A stretch of DNA of 53,507 bases from a virus (lineage: Duplodnaviria > Caudoviricetes), in the IMG/VR virus record IMGVR_UViG_3300028045_000021, positions 1 through 53,507 of that record. One strand, written 5' to 3'. A program made the position numbers and the translations under genes. Positions 1-9,102 of this stretch are shown piece by piece. The notes under the pieces are model-generated. The model saw nothing but the letters and a program-made list of their open reading frames with translations, had not been told where the DNA came from and made no database searches. How positions within the stretch are numbered: the stretch's first letter is position 1; each line of letters opens with the position of its first letter.

Positions 1-148
1 ATTTTGCTGCTCAAATGGATAATGTTACTAAAAAAATGCATTGGTATCTAAACGGTACGTGTGTACGAACTTCTACGTCACCGACATTTATAGTCGGTAA
101 TATTAATGATATTCATAGTTTTATGGGACATTCTGCGGTAGCTGGTGC
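1..148. repeat. Terminal direct repeat, left copy (circularity/assembly overlap)
   Basis: 1-148 matches 53361-53507 except one G (ttatgggaca vs ttatggaca). Confidence 0.97.
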
Positions 149-908
149 GGGGGCGGACGTGAAAAATATTAGAATATATAAGAAGCCTTTATACTCAACA
201 GATCACATTGTAAACGATGTAGTTTTTAACCCGAAAGAACCTTTTTTTTATTACAAAAGATACCCAAATAAAGACGGTAACAAAAAAACATATTTCAATA
301 CACGCTATTTGAAAGATACTATTATTGATGTAAACAATAAAATTGAACGTTTATACAGCGAATTAGGTACTTCTTTTTTAGAGCAAACAACTCCTGCAAA
401 CCAGCCAACGCATACAAATAAAGGTATTTTATTTGCAAGCGGTGAAGCATTAACACAAGCTAGTTCTGATGATTATCTATATGGTACTGATGATTTTACT
501 ATAGGTAAATGGGTAGACTTTCAAAACGAAAGCGTTGTTTTTGAAATAGGTTCGGGAGTTATTACATTTGGATTAGATGCTACGAATGCATATATTGAAA
601 CTAGTGGGGGTAAGCTGTACGCAACTCGTAATCACGCAACAAGTGAGGGTTATAAATATATGGCAATGCATCGTGAGGGTGCAAATATTTTCTTTACTAT
701 CGGTGGAATTTACGAGAATACAAGAGCTGAGGCGATTGATTATAATTCAAATCAAAGTGCTCAATTAGGAGGTCTGTTTATTGGTTATTCTGATGAACTA
801 TTAAACGTTAAATCTGCTTTATGGACCTTCGCTGGAAAATCAAGTTTAAATAAAGTATTTGAACCTCCACGCCGTAGAAGTTTAAATAGTGAAATAATAC
901 AATATTAA
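15..908 (+). CDS. 3' part of a LamG/concanavalin-like tail fibre or receptor-binding protein spanning the contig junction (~467 aa joined)
   Basis: In frame with 52865-53374 across the terminal repeat. LamG-like motifs WFHFAA..MHWYLNG..KNIRIYKKPL and DFTIGKWV..YKYMAMHREG. Last gene of the tail module. Confidence 0.75.
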   Translation: MDNVTKKMHWYLNGTCVRTSTSPTFIVGNINDIHSFMGHSAVAGAGADVKNIRIYKKPLYSTDHIVNDVVFNPKEPFFYYKRYPNKDGNKKTYFNTRYLKDTIIDVNNKIERLYSELGTSFLEQTTPANQPTHTNKGILFASGEALTQASSDDYLYGTDDFTIGKWVDFQNESVVFEIGSGVITFGLDATNAYIETSGGKLYATRNHATSEGYKYMAMHREGANIFFTIGGIYENTRAEAIDYNSNQSAQLGGLFIGYSDELLNVKSALWTFAGKSSLNKVFEPPRRRSLNSEIIQY

Positions 909-1057
909 TGCAAGATTTAACGCAATATATAGATATATTAATTCAAGCGCCTGTTTTCTGCGTGGTTATTTTTATGATATTTAAGCAGGCTCAATTTAAT
1001 AATGAAACATTAGTATCATTTAAAAATATAATTGAAAAATTGATTGATAAAAAATAA
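908..1057 (+). CDS. 49-aa single-TM protein, holin-like
   Basis: Manual translation MQDLTQYIDILIQAPVFCVVIFMIFKQAQFNNETLVSFKNIIEKLIDKK. TAATG coupling to the upstream gene, at the start of the lysis region. Confidence 0.55.
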   Translation: MQDLTQYIDILIQAPVFCVVIFMIFKQAQFNNETLVSFKNIIEKLIDKK

Positions 1058-1086
1058 TATTTTAACTTTACTAAAAAATAGAAATC

Positions 1087-1212
1087 ATGACAAAGAAAAC
1101 GAAAACAAAACCAAAACCAGAGCAGGTAAAAAAAGATGTAGAAGTGGGATTCAGTAAAGCTGTTCAGATAGAAAAATCAAAAAAAGATGGACACCCAGAC
1201 CCGCCAGACTGA
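1087..1212 (+). CDS. 41-aa basic peptide ending GHPDPPD
   Basis: Manual translation; follows a TAACTTTA promoter-like box (~1063) and overlaps the next gene. Confidence 0.45.
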   Translation: MTKKTKTKPKPEQVKKDVEVGFSKAVQIEKSKKDGHPDPPD

Positions 1213-1585
1213 TAGTTTAAGTTATATACCGGCTGCTTTATTTGTGGGATCGCAGTTGATATATAATTTTTATCATGTTAGTAAGTCGGTAAATTGGGCT
1301 ATATTTTATTTTAGTTCTATATACATTGTACTTATTAGCTGGACGGTAATTGAATATTTAAGGACAAATGATAAATTAAGTAAATTATATCACGTAGGAA
1401 TAGGGATGGGCTTATCGTTTTTAATCTACTTAGAAATAAATAGCAAAATTGCAGAAGAAAATATGAAGATGGATGAATACGCTAAATTTATGAATGAGGT
1501 AAATAGCAAAGAAAATTCATTACTTTTTGCATTAGTTATGTTAATTATAATGACTACAATACTATCAAGATTATGGAAGAAATGA
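1187..1585 (+). CDS. Multi-pass (about 4 TM) membrane protein
   Basis: Four hydrophobic stretches in 132 aa; lysis-region position. Confidence 0.65.
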   Translation: MDTQTRQTDSLSYIPAALFVGSQLIYNFYHVSKSVNWAIFYFSSIYIVLISWTVIEYLRTNDKLSKLYHVGIGMGLSFLIYLEINSKIAEENMKMDEYAKFMNEVNSKENSLLFALVMLIIMTTILSRLWKK

Positions 1586-1890
1586 ACCATCCCGTGGCGT
1601 TTAAGTTTGTTATTGAAAAAATGCTTGCTCCATTTGTGAGTGTAATCATAGCATTAACGGTACAGGGACTTATCAGCAGAAATAAGAAAATAAAAAATAG
1701 TGCAACAATGGAGGATTTGCATAAATCAGAAGAAGCAACGAGGCAGTATACTGATGATGAGCTGAGGAAACATTTATCCTATTCGCATGTTAATATAATA
1801 GCTGATATTAAAGAGATGAAAGATTCCAACAAGGAAGTAAATAATAAATTAGACAAATTATTATTATTAATGATCGGTAATAAAAAATAG
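1573..1890 (+). CDS. Putative holin/antiholin (N-terminal TM plus coiled coil)
   Basis: TM segment MLAPFVSVIIALTVQGLI and C-terminal heptads; directly upstream of the endolysin. Confidence 0.55.
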   Translation: MEEMNHPVAFKFVIEKMLAPFVSVIIALTVQGLISRNKKIKNSATMEDLHKSEEATRQYTDDELRKHLSYSHVNIIADIKEMKDSNKEVNNKLDKLLLLMIGNKK

Positions 1891-1896
1891 TAAATC

Positions 1897-2436
1897 ATGA
1901 AAAATTTTGAAAAAGCATTCGTAACAGTAATTAAACATGAGGGTTATTACGCCAATGTCGAAGGTGATAAGGGCGGTGAAACCTACATGGGAATAGCTAG
2001 AAATATTCATCCAACATGGGATGGATGGCCATTAGTGGATCAGTACAAAAAAGTAAATGGAGTCATAAAACGAAATCAAAAAATAGAGGGCATATTAATT
2101 CAATCTATGGTTGAAAAGTTCTACTTTGAAAAGTACTGGACTAAAAACGGCATTCATTTAATTGAAAATTACAGCTTGCAATATATTATTTTTGATTGGT
2201 GTGTAAATTCTGGTAGGCATGGAGCTAAGGATATTCAGCGTATAGTCGGAACTATTGCTGACGGAATTATAGGAAAGAATACGGCAAAATTAATAAACGA
2301 AGCTAATTCTGAGGAACTTTTCGGTAATATAAAAGCTGCTAGAATCAACTTTTATCACAAGATTTCTAAAAAAGGGATGAACTATAAATTTTTAAAAGGT
2401 TGGCTAAAACGGATTGATTCGATAAATTATGAATAA
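1897..2436 (+). CDS. Endolysin, glycoside hydrolase family 108 with C-terminal peptidoglycan-binding domain
   Basis: HEGYY..GDKGGETYMGI catalytic motif, FDWCVNSG, DGIIGKNT and FLKGWLKR motifs. Confidence 0.93.
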   Translation: MKNFEKAFVTVIKHEGYYANVEGDKGGETYMGIARNIHPTWDGWPLVDQYKKVNGVIKRNQKIEGILIQSMVEKFYFEKYWTKNGIHLIENYSLQYIIFDWCVNSGRHGAKDIQRIVGTIADGIIGKNTAKLINEANSEELFGNIKAARINFYHKISKKGMNYKFLKGWLKRIDSINYE

Positions 2437-2462
2437 CATTCACACGTAAAAAAAATAGAATT

Positions 2463-2708
2463 ATGGAAAAAGTACAATTAATATTAACAATAATTACAGG
2501 GGTATTCTCATTAGGACTAATTGCAGTTTTAAGAAACATTATCAAGGAAGTTCAAGAAGCTAGGGATAAGTGGGAAGAAATTAATGCCGATGGAGAGCGG
2601 ACAGAAAAAGAGCTTTTAAGCTTTGCAAAAGAAGTGATGGACGTAATTAATGAAGCTATTAAGTTTTGGGGCATCATTAAAAAATTAATTGGAATGAAAA
2701 AGAAATAA
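2463..2708 (+). CDS. Small membrane protein, holin-like
   Basis: N-terminal TM and basic C-terminus; follows the endolysin. Confidence 0.5.
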   Translation: MEKVQLILTIITGVFSLGLIAVLRNIIKEVQEARDKWEEINADGERTEKELLSFAKEVMDVINEAIKFWGIIKKLIGMKKK

Positions 2709-2730
2709 AGAATTTTCTTCATCGTTTAAG

Positions 2731-2759
2731 GGTCTGGCTATAATAGTTAGACCTTTTTT
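2731..2759 (+). terminator. Intrinsic terminator ending the late/lysis operon
   Basis: GGTCTGGCTA-taa-TAGTTAGACC followed by TTTTTT. Confidence 0.8.
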
Positions 2760-2820
2760 GCGTTTAAATAAGAAATAAACCTTATCTTTGACATGTTATT
2801 TTTTAATTACTATATTTGAA

Positions 2821-2857
2821 AAAGGTTGCTAACTCCGAAAAAGCAGCCTTTTTTTTT
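2821..2857 (+). terminator. Second intrinsic terminator
   Basis: AAAGGTTGCT...AGCAGCCTTT followed by a T-run. Confidence 0.7.
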
Positions 2858-2889
2858 ATGCCTAAGAATTAAATTAAAAAATAAACGTA

Positions 2890-2945
2890 TACTTCTTTGT
2901 TTTATTAAAAAATAATACTTATCTTTATACTGTAATTAAAAAATA
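2890..2945 (+). promoter_or_regulatory. Probable early promoter (Bacteroidota -7-type box followed by TAATTAAAA)
   Basis: TATCTTTA-tactg-TAATTAAAA; the same layout occurs at ~15199, ~19453 and ~23017. Confidence 0.6.
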
Positions 2946-2962
2946 ATTTAAAAATTTGCAAG

Positions 2963-3166
2963 ATGAGAAATTCAACGGAAACAATCAAAGTAACAGCTAA
3001 CCAAAGTAGGAGAACATTTACCATCAGAAAATATATCGATGGTAAATTATTCGCAAAGTACAGGACTGTAAGTATGAGTCAGGAAAAATTTGAATCAGAA
3101 GAAATGAACAGCGAGAACGATTGGAAGCAGTTTTTAAGATCAGATGATTATTATGTAATTAAATAA
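2963..3166 (+). CDS. Hypothetical early protein (67 aa)
   Basis: ORF between a promoter and a hairpin pair. Confidence 0.75.
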   Translation: MRNSTETIKVTANQSRRTFTIRKYIDGKLFAKYRTVSMSQEKFESEEMNSENDWKQFLRSDDYYVIK

Positions 3167-3377
3167 CCCGCAGTTTCGCAAATTCTGCGGACTTAACCCC
3201 ACTAGTTCCGATTAGTGGGGTTTCTGGGTGAAAGAAATACCGTATTCGGTTAGTAACTAAAAGAAAGGAGAAGTTTAAAATGAATTATTAATTAAAATAT
3301 AAGAATCAAAGCCTCGTACTGAAATAAATACGAGGCTTTGGTGGTAAAATTAAAAAATAACTTAAAAACTTAAAACG

Positions 3378-4905
3378 ATGGAAATAGATGAAAAATTAAA
3401 AGAAATTGGAAATTATTTTAAACAAAAGGTAATCGATGGTAGTTTTGAATTCGTAAGTAGTGGAGCTCATACGGCTGAAATAATTATTGATGGTAAATAT
3501 CATTTTAATTTATGGATAGCTAACGACCCTAAAGGAAATTTTGATTTTTATGATAGTTATTTCCTTGTCAATAATAGTACTGAGTTCATGAGGTTCAAAA
3601 CTCAGAAAGAACGCATGGCCGGCTGGAAGCAAATTAAACCGCATGTGATTAAGTATAAAAAAACTGTACTTAAAAGAGAAAAGCAAAAAGAATTTAATAG
3701 GTTGAAAAAAGAATTAGAACGATTAAATAATAACTAAAAAACTTAAATTATGAGAAAATTATTTAAGTTCATCTATCAAGTAATTGCAGTAGTATCGGCA
3801 ATACTTTACGTTAGCTTTTTTTATGCCATTGGGCATTATGAAGAGAGCTTCGACCAGATAGGCAAAGAGGTTTTTAGTTGTAATAAATCAAAAAACTGGG
3901 TAATCCAAGAACATATCAAAATGATACTTGCCTGTGTGTTCCTATTCATATTTAATGCAATTGCTTGGTATCTTACTATAATAAATATTGCAGCTTTTAT
4001 TTTTGAATAAATCTATTATAAAAATCTTAAATTATGAAGCCAATTAGAGGAAGTGAATTAAGTAGTGCTGCATACTGTGCTTTATGTGGAGTAAAGTTGA
4101 CAGATGAGGAAGTAAAAACTAATATTAGTTGTGATAGCCTTAACTATATGTACTGTTACAAATGCATGAAAAGTGCAGGAAGAATTGAACCATTTACGCC
4201 AGATAGTATAGAATTCATATAGCATTGCACTACAACCAAATAAATACAAATCATGAGCCTTGAAGTAACAAACAAATTAAACAGCGAAATCCGTTTAAAA
4301 GTATTAAAAATATACGGACATAGATTTTCAGGCATACATCTGTTTCCGACTTCATGCTGGAAAGTAGGCGAAAAGCAAACCGATCTGTTAATATCCGATT
4401 TTGATATTGTATTCGATATGAAAGAATACATTAAATTGGAAAAAAAGAATAAGGATGCGTTAATTAATTACATAAAACAGCTAGAAATTAAAATATAATA
4501 ACTATATTTAACAAGCAATTAAAATATAACAAAATGGAAGTAATAATAAAGAATGATTCATTTATTGAATCAATAGCCCTAGAATTAAATAAAGAGTCTA
4601 AAGAAGTGATAGAGTTACTTAACGACTTTTGTAAAAAAAACGGAGTCGAATTCGAGCCGCAAGATAACAGCGAAAAACTTATGTTTTTTATCGAGGAAGC
4701 TACAAAATACAAAGCTTTTGAAGTGTGTTACGAAGCGTTTAAAGCAAGAAACATGGCAGTAGTATTGTATCTTAACCAAGTAAGGCTCGAAACAATAGGC
4801 AACTGTGAAAAATGTGGCGGTGAAATATTAGATATTGAAGCATTCAAAAATGGTATTGCTCATTCAGAATGGAAGATGTGTGAAGAATGTAAAATTAAAT
4901 ATTAA
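3378..4905 (+). other. Five small hypothetical CDS (3378-3737, 3750-4010 membrane, 4034-4222 Zn-finger, 4253-4498, 4534-4905 C-terminal Zn-finger)
   Basis: Tightly packed + strand ORFs with A-rich starts; CxxC pairs in two of them. Confidence 0.7.
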
Positions 4906-4909
4906 ATAA

Positions 4910-5194
4910 ATGGAATATATTAAAGATGCTTTTGCTCTTTCGATTAAAAGATCAGGAGAGAAATTAGAAGTTTTAAAAATGAGAGTCAAGGCAAAGTTAT
5001 TTCATGATGCAAAAATCAAAAACCGCTCGCAATTAATGGGCAGATTATATCATGGTAAAAATAAAGATAAAACACTTAGCTATGTAGTCCCCATATGTGA
5101 AGAGTTGAAAATTACACCAAACGAACTATTTCAATGGGCTGAAAAAAACATTCTAATAGAAGAGATCGAGCAGGTACTAAGTAAACATAAATAG
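4910..5194 (+). CDS. Putative XRE/Cro-like HTH regulator
   Basis: C-terminal ICEELKITPNELF is typical of XRE HTH domains. Confidence 0.5.
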   Translation: MEYIKDAFALSIKRSGEKLEVLKMRVKAKLFHDAKIKNRSQLMGRLYHGKNKDKTLSYVVPICEELKITPNELFQWAEKNILIEEIEQVLSKHK

Positions 5195-5219
5195 TAATAG
5201 TAATTAAAAAATAACGAAT

Positions 5220-5774
5220 ATGAAACTAGTAATAAAAGCAATTTCGGAAGCAAAAAAAGAAATCGGTAAAATATCAAAAGATAGTGAAAATCCGTTCTTT
5301 AAGTCAATGTATTTTGATATTAATCAATTATTACAGCATGTTGAGCCAGTATTGGAAAAGCATGGGTTAGTGGTATTACAACCTATACAAGACAATATAG
5401 TATATTCCAATATCTATCATATAGAAAGCGGAGAGATAATATCATCATTTATTGAATTACCATCCTTGAATGATCCTCAAAAACTTGGTTCAGCTATTAC
5501 TTATTATCGTAGGTATACATTACAAAGTTTATTGAGTTTACAGGCCGAGGATGACGATGGAAATAATGGAACTCCAGAGAAAAAAACTAAAAAAGACGAT
5601 GAACCCGAAAAGCCGTGGCTAAATAGAACTAGTAAGGATGGCACATTATTAGTTGTTTATACTAAAGTAGTAAAAGGAGCTAGAGAAAAAGGCTTAAAAA
5701 CTTCGGATTTACTCAACCATTATAAAATAAGTAAGGAAGTACAAGAGATGCTTAAAAAAGATTTAGCAGAATAA
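5220..5774 (+). CDS. erf: ERF-family single-strand annealing recombinase
   Basis: KDSENPFFKS and the PQKLGSAITYYRRYTL..AEDDDGN ERF signature. Confidence 0.92.
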   Translation: MKLVIKAISEAKKEIGKISKDSENPFFKSMYFDINQLLQHVEPVLEKHGLVVLQPIQDNIVYSNIYHIESGEIISSFIELPSLNDPQKLGSAITYYRRYTLQSLLSLQAEDDDGNNGTPEKKTKKDDEPEKPWLNRTSKDGTLLVVYTKVVKGAREKGLKTSDLLNHYKISKEVQEMLKKDLAE

Positions 5775-5790
5775 TCCTAAATAAATAATC

Positions 5791-6567
5791 ATGACTGATT
5801 TTCAAGAAATAATACAAAGAATATTTAACGGTGAAAAGGCATTGAGTTATTCAGCTTTATCAGCCTTTCTAAAATCTCCACGACATTACTATAAGTATGT
5901 AATGGATAAAGAGACTACAGAGGCTATGGAAAAGGGTAAACGTTTTCATATGGCTATATTAGAGCTTGATAAATTCAAAGAAAAATACTTTGTTTTAGAC
6001 GATACTGCAAAAGTAATTGAGATAGGTGGGGGTAATCCAAGAATTACTAAAATCTACAAAGAATGGAAAGCTGGTGAACTTGCTAAAAATTCAGGTAAGG
6101 AGTTAATTAAAAAGGATGAATATGACATCTATCAACTAATGATAATTGCCTTGCAAAATCATAGCATTTGTAAAACTCTTTTGTTTGGCGGTGGTGAAAA
6201 TGAAAAGGACTTCGAATACGAAGATGGTGATTATAAATTTAGAGGTAAAATAGACCATGCCAGAGAAAAATACACCGTTGATTTAAAAAAGGTAGCCGAT
6301 GCATCATATCAAAAAGTAAAATGGGACATTGAAAGAATGAACTATGATTTGCAAGGTGTAATTTATTCCAAGGCTAATAGATCAAACCTACATTATATTG
6401 TTTATATTGATGAAGGTTGCAATATTACAGTTTGCGAAGCTGGGAAAGAAAAGTTAATTAGTTGGGAATCCAAGTACACTAATGCTCTGGATGCATTTAC
6501 AAGATGCTTACAGGAAGATAAGTGGAATATGTCTTATGATTTTTGGCAGCCAGTAGTAAGATTATAG
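5791..6567 (+). CDS. PD-(D/E)XK exonuclease (RecE/DUF3799-like), partner of ERF
   Basis: LSYSAL..F..SP, G..FH, RGKID..VDLK, Y.LQ..IY motifs. Confidence 0.85.
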   Translation: MTDFQEIIQRIFNGEKALSYSALSAFLKSPRHYYKYVMDKETTEAMEKGKRFHMAILELDKFKEKYFVLDDTAKVIEIGGGNPRITKIYKEWKAGELAKNSGKELIKKDEYDIYQLMIIALQNHSICKTLLFGGGENEKDFEYEDGDYKFRGKIDHAREKYTVDLKKVADASYQKVKWDIERMNYDLQGVIYSKANRSNLHYIVYIDEGCNITVCEAGKEKLISWESKYTNALDAFTRCLQEDKWNMSYDFWQPVVRL

Positions 6568-7277
6568 CAAGAATTGAACAAATTAAAAATCTATAAAAAT
6601 GACAATTACAGCTTTCAACTTCGAAATGTACTGGGCGAATTATCACATAATAAATCCACAGCCTAAACTTAGCACATCAAGAGCAAGGATTTTATTTGAT
6701 CGCTGTAATTGTTTTGGAAGAAAAAAGAAATTAATCAAGGGAATTGAACGAAATAAACTATCCGGTTTAGAATATTTAAAAAAAAATCTATGAACGATAA
6801 AGTAAATAGTAGCAGCCCAACGAGTCACTTAAACCAAGTGAAAGCGGCAAAAGAAGCTTTGTTAAAAAACGAAGAGCCAAGTAAAATAGAGTTAATCGAA
6901 TGCGGGTTAGAGAATCCTTGTAATTTTGGAATTCACAATCCTAATTTTGATAAGCATAATATTGTAGACAATAAACGAATTGCAAAATGAGTGAGAAACA
7001 AAACCTAATAAAAGCCTACTTATCGAAAGTTGAACATGCAACCATAGGCGAGATATTGGAAAATATGCCGTTTTCGTACCACCACAACAACAAAAAACAC
7101 TTAGGTGGTATATTGAGTAGTATGGTTAAAAACGGTACGTTAAAACGCATTAAAAAGGGCGTGTTTAGAATGATAAACGAAAGTGATTGTAAAAAAGAAT
7201 CTAATACTTTATTCTAATGCAGACTAAAAATAAAAGCTTAATCGAAACGATAACGCAAACATTTACTGGTTTAATAG

Positions 7278-7375
7278 TTTACAACGGTCGAAAATAAGGC
7301 AATGTAGCCCGCCTAAAAAGTGACTATGAAATACTAACGCAACAACGGGCTATTTGCTTTATTTGTTGTTGTAAA
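7278..7375 (+). repeat. attC-like long imperfect hairpin
   Basis: TTTACAAC...ATAAGGCAA.GTAGCCCG / CGGGCTA.TTGCTTTATT...GTTGTAAA, intergenic. Confidence 0.65.
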
Positions 7376-7633
7376 ATCGTTAAATTATTATGGCAAAAAT
7401 AGAGAAAATATTTACAGGCGATAGCTGCCCAAATTGCGGAGATGGTTTAATAGTAACTACCACATGCGGGGAGGAGAATGACACAGAGTTTGAGCAATAT
7501 TACTATGATGGTGACGATGTTAGATGTGCAATTGATTGTGGCTTTATTTCTTCGGTAAGTATAAATGAAGATGGCGCATGCGCTTATATAGCAGATGGGA
7601 ATTTGGATGAATTGGAAGAGTGCGAATAATTTT

Positions 7634-7698
7634 ATGTTTTATAGTACATTTATATGAGCCGTTTTTTTCAATGGCTTATGTATAAAGTTGTAAAATGT
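7634..7698 (+). repeat. attC-like hairpin; second copy at 20771-20830
   Basis: TATATGAGCCGTTTTTT(T)CAATGGCTTAT..ATAAAGTTG is shared by both copies; the outer stems differ but both pair. Confidence 0.7.
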
Positions 7699-8180
7699 TA
7701 AAAAATATCACAATGATTTACAAATAGAAAAACACATGGATTTATACAAATTAAAATGGGATATACTCCTGAAAGAAGGAATTACAAAAGAAGATTTAGA
7801 GTTAGTTGATCTGGATATAGGATACTCACCTGTAATACCAATTAAAGGAGGACAGCCAATGGAAGCAATAAGGCTTGAAAGTGGTAAGTTTAGAGTTCCT
7901 GAGTGTCCAATAGTAGGACTTAATATTTCAGAAGAGGAGTTAACTATAATGCGATACAGGTATTTAAATAGTAGGTAAATAAAATCATTAATAATTGGTA
8001 ATATATCGAATATTATTCTTATATTTGAAGTCTAAAGATTGCATTCGAAGAGCAAGATTACTCAATGTTTAGTATTGTTGCAGCAATCTAAACAAACATT
8101 TCAAGGATTTCCTTGGTCATTTTTAATAAAGCTGGTGAAGTTGCCAGCTACTTTTTTAAATTAACTTGTTAATATTTTAA

Positions 8181-8324
8181 ATGGAAAACGAAAAATACAT
8201 ACCAGTAAAAGACTACGCTACCAAAAAGAGTATAAGCGTACAAAATGTTTACCAGCGATTAAAGCGAGGTAAATTAAAAGGTAAAAAAATAGGTAATTAT
8301 CAACTTATTTTAGTAGATGAATAA
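8181..8324 (+). CDS. 47-aa excisionase/MerR-like HTH protein
   Basis: Manual translation MENEKYIPVKDYATKKSISVQNVYQRLKRGKLKGKKIGNYQLILVDE. Confidence 0.7.
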   Translation: MENEKYIPVKDYATKKSISVQNVYQRLKRGKLKGKKIGNYQLILVDE

Positions 8325-8360
8325 GTTTTTTAATGTTTAATAGTGTTAAAATTTTAAACT

Positions 8361-8750
8361 ATGCAAATGTATTATGATATGTTATTTCACGATCATAGTT
8401 GTGATTATGAAAATAGAGCCAAACAATTAATATTAGTTCAGGAAAGATTTAATAATTGGGAGGTTAGAATAAAAGAATTAGAACCGACAGAAACGTACGA
8501 ATGGAGTATGAGGGCGGGTAAATTCATAAAAGAATATAAAAATGATATAATAAGACTTGATTACGTCATGGAGTGCAATAAGAATTTAAAAGACCTTAAT
8601 TCAAATGAAATAGAGTTTATCTACGATAAGCTTATTAAAAATTGGAGTGGCTTTCTTTGCGATTATGAACTTGATGAAGCCAAAATATTGTTTAGGAAAA
8701 GATTAAATAATCATTTAAAATTTAAAAAATGTCTTACGCTAGTAAACTAA
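8361..8750 (+). CDS. Hypothetical protein
   Basis: 129-aa ORF in the replication operon. Confidence 0.65.
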   Translation: MQMYYDMLFHDHSCDYENRAKQLILVQERFNNWEVRIKELEPTETYEWSMRAGKFIKEYKNDIIRLDYVMECNKNLKDLNSNEIEFIYDKLIKNWSGFLCDYELDEAKILFRKRLNNHLKFKKCLTLVN

Positions 8751-9100
8751 AAGACCCAAGATGGATAGAGTTAAGGGATAAAGCCATTAAACACTATGAT
8801 GGCTGTAATTGTTTTGGGTGTGGATGCGCTGAGTCTATTCATGTTCATCATGATAAGTACGATTATTCAAAAGAACCGTGGGAGTATACTGTTGATGATT
8901 TAAGCTTACTATGTAATGTATGTCATGAAAATTACCATAAAAATAATAAACTATTAAAAAAGATACTCACTAATCATAGGCTTTTTTATTCATATGAATT
9001 TAGTAAACTTATAAGTATTATGGATTTATTCTTATGTCTCGATACATCAAAATATAAAGAGGTTATAGAGTTTATCGAATCAAAACAAAATACATTTTAA
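8729..9100 (+). CDS. HNH endonuclease-like protein
   Basis: LKDPRW..R, CxxC, HVHH..Y, LCNVCHENYH. Confidence 0.8.
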   Translation: MSYASKLKDPRWIELRDKAIKHYDGCNCFGCGCAESIHVHHDKYDYSKEPWEYTVDDLSLLCNVCHENYHKNNKLLKKILTNHRLFYSYEFSKLISIMDLFLCLDTSKYKEVIEFIESKQNTF

Positions 9101-9102
9101 GT

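Larger units (their letters stand above)
6599..7978 (+). other. Small hypothetical CDS (6599-6793, 6790-6990, 6987-7217 winged-helix-like, 7390-7629 Cys-rich acidic, 7736-7978)
   Basis: ORF track with overlapping start/stop codons; LSSMVKNGTLKRIKKGVF is a wHTH-like wing. Confidence 0.65.
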
